Source: Candidatus Woesebacteria bacterium (lineage in GTDB: Bacteria > Patescibacteriota > Microgenomatia > UBA1400 > UBA1396). Taken from it: a stretch of DNA of 45,475 bases. Positions 39,812 to 45,475 of this stretch are shown in pieces (position 1 is the stretch's first letter; the number at the start of each line of letters is the position of its first letter). The notes under the pieces were generated by a model. It was not told where the DNA came from. It ran no database searches and worked only from the letters and a program-made list of their open reading frames with translations. The stretch covers positions 131,223 to 176,697 of the forward strand of contig CAVVNJ010000010.1 of the NCBI GenBank assembly GCA_963749595.1. The letters are read 5' to 3'. Both the position numbers and the translations under genes were made by a program.

Positions 39812-42800
39812 ATGGACGCAAGCACTAAAGCATCACTCACCGTCCGTGAACCCGGGAAAGGGCAGAGAGCGGATTTTTCTTCTCAAGCAAACAAGGTTTG
39901 CCATTGCCCACAGGGACGTTCCGCTATTGATCAGATTTCCTTTCTGCAAAGGGCGGTGGGGAATCGTGAAGTGGAGCGAGTGTTGAGATCAGGGGTGATA
40001 TCCCCGCCGGTGCGAACTCGCCCATTGGTGGCTCCTGCGCGTTTGCACTCCAACCAGGGCGGGATATTACAGCGAAAGTGCGCCTGCGGTGGCGCGGCGG
40101 ATATGTCGGGAGAGTGCGAGGAGTGCGGCAAAAAGAAGCGACCGGCTCTGCAAACCAAGTTAAAGATTAATGAGCCGGGGGATATCTACGAACAGGAAGC
40201 GGACCGCGTGTCCGACCAGGTCCTGGCAGCGCAAGCACTTCCTTTGGTTAGTGGCGCACCACGACGTCTCCAGCGCTTCCCGGGGCAATCGAACGGGCAG
40301 CCGGATGCGGCACCCACCAGCTTAACCGAGGTGCTGGCCAGTCGCGGCAGGCCGCTCGATCAGGTGCTTCGGCAGGACATGGAGCAGCGCTTCGGGCACG
40401 ATTTCTCAAGCGTTCGCGTCCACACCGGCGCGCAAGCGCACGACTCGGCCCGCTCGCTCCAAGCGCTCGCCTACACCGTCGGTAACAACATCGTTTTCGG
40501 CACCGGACAATACGCACCGGCCACGAGGGCGGGCCGGTCGCTGATCGCGCACGAGTTGACGCACGTTGTCCAACAGGGCGGAGGCGGTGGGAGGCGGGAC
40601 GTGCACCGCATGGTGCAGCGCCAGCCCGACCCCGCCCCCGAGAAGGAAAACGAGCAGGAGAAAGACTTTGGCATCGTCGGCCCTCCCCAGCCGGCGGCGG
40701 CGGAGCTCCCTGGCTTTGGCGACACGTCGGCGGATGCCGCGTGCCCGCCGTTGCCGACGAACCTCGGCCGGCTGGCGCCGGTCCCTCCGTGCCCCACGGC
40801 GGAGACCGACATCACCGGCGAGCGCTTCACGTTCTGCCGCGCGTCCGACGTTTTCTCGCCGAGGTTCGAGCGGCCGCGGCTCATCACATGGGCGCGCTCG
40901 CAGCCGGCCAAGTCCACGTTCGTCGTCCACGGCTATGCCAGCGAGAGCGACGGCACGCCAACACAGAACGTTAACGTCTCATGTCACCGCGCCAAGCGCG
41001 TCGCGCGGGAGCTCTACAACGCCGGTGTTCGGTCGGAGCGCATCGAGATCGCCGCGCGCGGTGGAACCACCCGCTTCGGCGCCGGCGCTGGGAAGCTGGC
41101 GCTCAACCGCGTGGCCGTGGTTCGGGCGGAGGCGCCTCAGGCGGTCGCCACGACGGTGCCGTCCCCGACGGATCGACGCGCTCTCGTCGACGTTGCGATC
41201 GGTAAACTTACGCGCGGCGAGTATCGGCTCGCCGCCGACGCCTACGTCGCGCGGTGGACGTGTGGCCGAATGCCGAGCCTCGCCGAGGTGGTAAGACGCA
41301 GTGTCGTGCGCATCGAGGGGGAGAAGCTGGCGGCCGATTTTCGGACGGACGATCCGAAGACCCATCTGCGCGCGCCTGGCGCGCAACTCGGGGGACCGAT
41401 CCCCGTCGGGCGAAACGAGATTGTGCTCGCCCGCGAGGCGTTCGACGACACAACCGATCCTTTGTCGTGCGTGATGGCGCGTATCGTCGATATGGTGTTC
41501 CACCACGCGGCGGCCGACATCATCCCGCGGGCGGAGCAGCACGCGGCGGCGCTGTTCCTCGTCGAGCTGGCGGGGCTCCCTCCGTGCCGCAGCCCGGACG
41601 CGCAGGTCGTCCAGGGCTCAGTCGGGCGACCGGCGTTTGACTGGTGGAGGCGTCCTTCGACCGACCCGCGAAAGGCGACTCAGCCTGATTGCGGCGCATT
41701 TGCGGAAGGGCCACTGCCCGGAGCGATCGCACCGCAGCCGACGCCGGCTACGGCAGCTGCCGCGCCGACGTTTTCCGTGCGTCGCTTTTTCTTCGACGGG
41801 AGCGGTGGCGTGGCGACGGTTTTTGTGCACCCGGCCGCGGACGTCGACCCGGCGAAGAATATCGCTGCGTCTGGACGCCTTCCGGGATCCGGAACCTCCA
41901 TCCGGGCCGGCGCCTCGGTGGTGGCGTCCGGCAGTCCGGCGGAAGTGGCGCGATGGCAGGTCGGCTTCGTGCAGACCATCGTTTCCGACCGCGTGGTGGT
42001 GAACTACGTCGGCGGGCAGCGCGTGCGCTTCGAGCTCCCAGTCCCCATCCGCGACGGTGCGCGCCGCGACCGCGCCGCGCCACCGTGGTTCGATCCGGGC
42101 CTGGTCGATACCCTCACCGCACCGGGTAGCCTTGCGATAGCCGGGCTGTTTGCCGAACCGTGGATGTTCTTCCCGTACCACTTCATGGATCCCGCCCAAC
42201 GCGGCCGCATGAAGGAGGTGCAGGACCCCAAGGACCCGAAGAAGTCGACGAAGGTGCCGCTGGACGAGATCGACCACGGCAACGTCGCCAACCGGGCGCA
42301 CCGAGCGACCGTCTTCAACACCTGGCTGGTCGCGCGGCGTGACGATGCGCCGCTCGACCGGTTCTCGACGCAGTTCCTCGCCGGTCGCATGATCGCGTGG
42401 ACACAGCGCGCGGACTTCATTGGGGCGGCTGGCACCGGCTCGTTCGACGCGTCGGTCGATCCAACACCGCTCACCGACACGACCGACATGCAACTCGCCG
42501 GTCCGACGGCGGCCGAGCTCGAGCCGCCTACGGTAGGCGGCACTCCGTCACCGCGCGAGGTGATGCGCTCCCGCCGCGTCGTGGAGGTGGCAGAGGCGTC
42601 GCCGAAGGCGAAGGGCGTGGGGCTGTCGTTCGCCGACTACGGCGCTCGCATTCAGAAGATCGCGGCCGAGATCGAACCCCTCCGTCGCGCGCTCGACATC
42701 ACCGACGCGCTCTTCGTCCGCATCCGGATCGATCCGACCACCGGACGCGTGGCGATCCACCGTCCGCCGGAGGCTCCCGCGGCGGACGCAAGGTTCACGA

Positions 42801-43742
42801 CAGGGGACACGGACGTGACCTACCGGGCGGCGATGGCGCGGTTCGCCGAGGAGGTCGTGTTCCGCGCGCGGAAAGATCTCGTGCTCGCCGACACGGCGAA
42901 GATTGCCAACGCCGGCTTCATGCCTGTGATGATCAGCGCAATCTCCGAGCAGAAGCGGCCGAAGAATGTCATGTCGCCGCAGCGCGAGCTGGGCAGGGCC
43001 GGTCTGCTTGCTGAGACGCAGCTGGATACCGAGAGCGAGACGCGCCGGGCAGCGAATCCCGGCGTGTTCGATCCGGAGTTTCGGGTTCCGGTGACCGTGG
43101 CGTTCGGCTCGGAGCGGTACCTCTTCGACTTCACGCGCTCGTTCGACGCCGTCCAGACCGCGTGTGGCAACAAGCTGGGCGGCCCCAAGTCGCTTGCGTG
43201 CACTGTGCCGAAGCTCGCAAACAAAGAGCAGCTCAGCGTCGATGTGACGTCTGCGTCCGAGTTGTTGGGCGTCGACGTCCTTGCTTCGCCGATCGCGGTC
43301 AAGGTCACCTTGTCGCCCGTGACGGTTCAGATGTTCATCCCCTCCGATGGTCTTGCGCTCGAGAGGATTAGCGGCCGCGGCCTCACGAAGGACTCGCTCA
43401 ACCACGAGCTGCACCACCTCATCGACGAGCACCGGCTCATCCAGTCCCTCAAGACGCGGCTGGCGCGCGCGATCCGCGTGCGCGTAATAGAGCTTCGGCG
43501 GCTCGCCGCGAGCGACCCGTCGATGCGCGCCGGCGCACTCACAAAGGGGGCGATCGAGGCGGTCGTCTGGGATGAGGACCGGGCGTCACTACGCTGACTA
43601 CATCAGGGAGGGCGACCGGCTCAGCGATATCGTCCACATCTCCGAGGACCAGCCGGTGCTGACCGAGGCAGAGGTCCAGCGTTTTTGGCCCGAGTTCCAG
43701 ATGCCCAAGCGTTTCCCGCACCAGGGAAGCTTCGAGCCGTAG
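39812..43742 (+). CDS. eCIS core (DUF4157) protein with OmpA-like domain and large unknown C-terminus (probable frameshift near 43583)
   Basis: 'QRAVGNR', 'LQRKCACGG', 'MEQRFGHDFSSVRVHT...ALAYTVG...HELTHVVQQ'; OmpA-like 'VHGYAS..G...N..VSCHRAKRV'; C-terminal HELHH. The ORF stops at 43597 but a shifted frame continues to TAG 43740-42. Confidence 0.85.
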
Positions 43743-44017
43743 GTGGCCGCGGCCCTTCTCCGTAACGCTCGGCTGGTGAGCTCAGGGGCGGTTAGGTGGG
43801 CGCGCAGCCTGAAGGGCGCCAAGTGCACTTCACTTCGAGTGGAAACTATACATGGCACTCACCCGTATCGAGGTGCCGCAAGGTGCGCTGGTCGCACGTG
43901 CGGTCAAAGAGGTGGGGATATGGAGGAAAGGGATAAGGCAGTGAAGGACCTTAAGCGGCTTATTGACTGAATCGGGGTGCTGGGGCATCGTGAGGTCAGG
44001 CCGGCTACTCTTGACTA

Positions 44018-45475
44018 GCAGACTGTTGAAAAAGTGGCCATTTTGCGTGGCCGTGAGATAGAAGCGGAGATGTTTTCTAAGCGGCAGGCTGAAGAGGAGC
44101 AGGGAGAGTTTTGGATCGAGCGCGCGCGAGTGTCGAAGCCGAAGAGCCAGGGTTTTTACAGCAAGCTCAACGAGCATTTGGCCGCGATGGATTTTGCGCG
44201 GCAGGTCTGGGCGTTGTGTGCGCCGGCCTATTGCGAAGAGAGCCGGGGCGGACGACCCTGGGATTGATCCGGTGGTGTATTTGAAGATGCTCATGGTCGG
44301 CTTTTTCGAGAACCTGCCGCAGCGAACGAGCGATTGCGGCGCGCTGTGAGGACAGTCTCTCGGTGCGGGCGTTTCTGGGCTACGGACTGGAAGAGAGCAC
44401 GCCCGATCACAGCAGCCTGAGCGTGATTCGGCAGCGGCTTGGGGCCGAGATTTACCAAGGAGTTTTCGAGGTGGTGCTCTCCGCGCTCAAGGCCTACGGG
44501 CTTTTTCGAGGTCGGCACTTGGGGATCGATTCGAGCGTGATCGAAGCCAATGCGAGTCTGCGCACTCTGGTGCATCGCAATACCGAAGCAGGCCTATTGG
44601 GAGTATGTGAAGGAATTGGCGGCCCAAGAGGGCGTCGACCCGGAGGATCAGGGGGCGGTGCGCCGCTTCGATAAGCAGCGGCCCGGACGCCGGACGAGCA
44701 ATCAGGAATGGAAAAACCCGCATGACCCGCAAGCCAAGGTGGGACGCACCAAGGACGGGGCCTGCGATATGATTTACAAGCCCGAGCATGTCACCGATTT
44801 GGAAAGCGGAGCGATTGTCCAAGCGGGAAGTTTTGGAGGGTGATCAGGCGGACACCGAGGCCTTGAGCGCGCGGGTCGCCACGGCGGTGGAAGTGGTCAA
44901 TCGCATCGTGGCCCACGAAGAGGATGGCGTGGTGCGTTCGCTCACCGCGGACAAAGGCTACTTGGCCATCGAGGAAATTGCCCAGATCCAAGAGTTCGAC
45001 ATTCGCACGGTCATTGGGGGACGCCCACGCTGCTCGGCGTCGCCAGCAAGGATTGATCGCCCCGTTGCGCAAAGCTCTTCATCGCGCCGCCTCTGCCGTG
45101 AAGAGCCAGTCGGGCAAGGCGCTATTGCGCAAGCGCGGCATGCACCTGGAACGTAGTTTCGAGCATGTCCTTGACGAAGGTGGACTGCGTAGGGCCACGC
45201 TGCGAGGAACAGCCAATCTCACCAAGCGGCATAAGATCGCGGCCACCTGCTTTAATTTGAGCTTGTTGATGCGCACTCTCTTGGGAGTCGGGACTCCCAA
45301 ACAATGGATGGCCGGGGCCTGTGACTCCTTTCAGGCTTTTATCGCTTACCTTGAGCGGGGAGTCTTGTGGTTCCGTAGCCTTCCCCTCGGGTCCAGAGCT
45401 CTCATCCTTGTTTTTCTTAATTTCTTCGGAACCCCTAGTCACTGCATGAAAACCTGGGGTTCTTCAACAGTCTGC
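44018..45475 (+). mobile_element. Insertion sequence, IS1182-like (DUF772 + DDE transposase)
   Basis: Perfect 13-bp TIRs GCAGACTGTTGAA at 44018-30 and 45463-75 enclosing a transposase. Confidence 0.88.
44070..45475 (+). CDS. Transposase (multiple frameshifts; no stop inside window)
   Basis: 'GGRP.IDPVVYLKML', 'FLGYGLEESTPDHSSLS', 'LGIDSSVIEANAS', 'ADKGY', 'ERSFEH', 'FNLSLLMR'. Confidence 0.88.

Noticed and set aside
44255-45040. Programmed frameshifting in the transposase
   Set aside because: Several shifts without clear slippery heptamers, matching the window-wide indel pattern.

Overview
The window looks like two unrelated DNAs joined at about 9455-9457. The left part (1-9457) resembles Patescibacteria/CPR (Microgenomates-like) DNA. 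It is a tightly packed plus-strand run of PilN/PilO-like genes, Pro-Thr-linker and Cys-rich surface proteins, a LytR_C protein, a rare tRNA-Ile(UAU) and near-leaderless sigma70 promoters, ending in a glycosyltransferase cut at its HAHD motif. The right part (9455-45475) is more GC-rich and resembles accessory DNA of a soil bacterium, tentatively Verrucomicrobia/PVC. It carries LacI regulators, TA-like remnants, an orphan Gly-rich (WINR)x5 triceptide-like RiPP precursor, an actinobacterial-type gluABCD transporter, inositol/sugar and redox-stress genes, a His-less HPr and an eCIS-type AAA ATPase plus DUF4157 protein. It also holds a structured ~305-bp MITE whose ends match an IS1182-like element that finishes exactly at the window edge. 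Many genes carry single-base frameshifts, most simply explained by long-read indel errors. Taxonomic and family calls come from motif recognition only; no searches were run.
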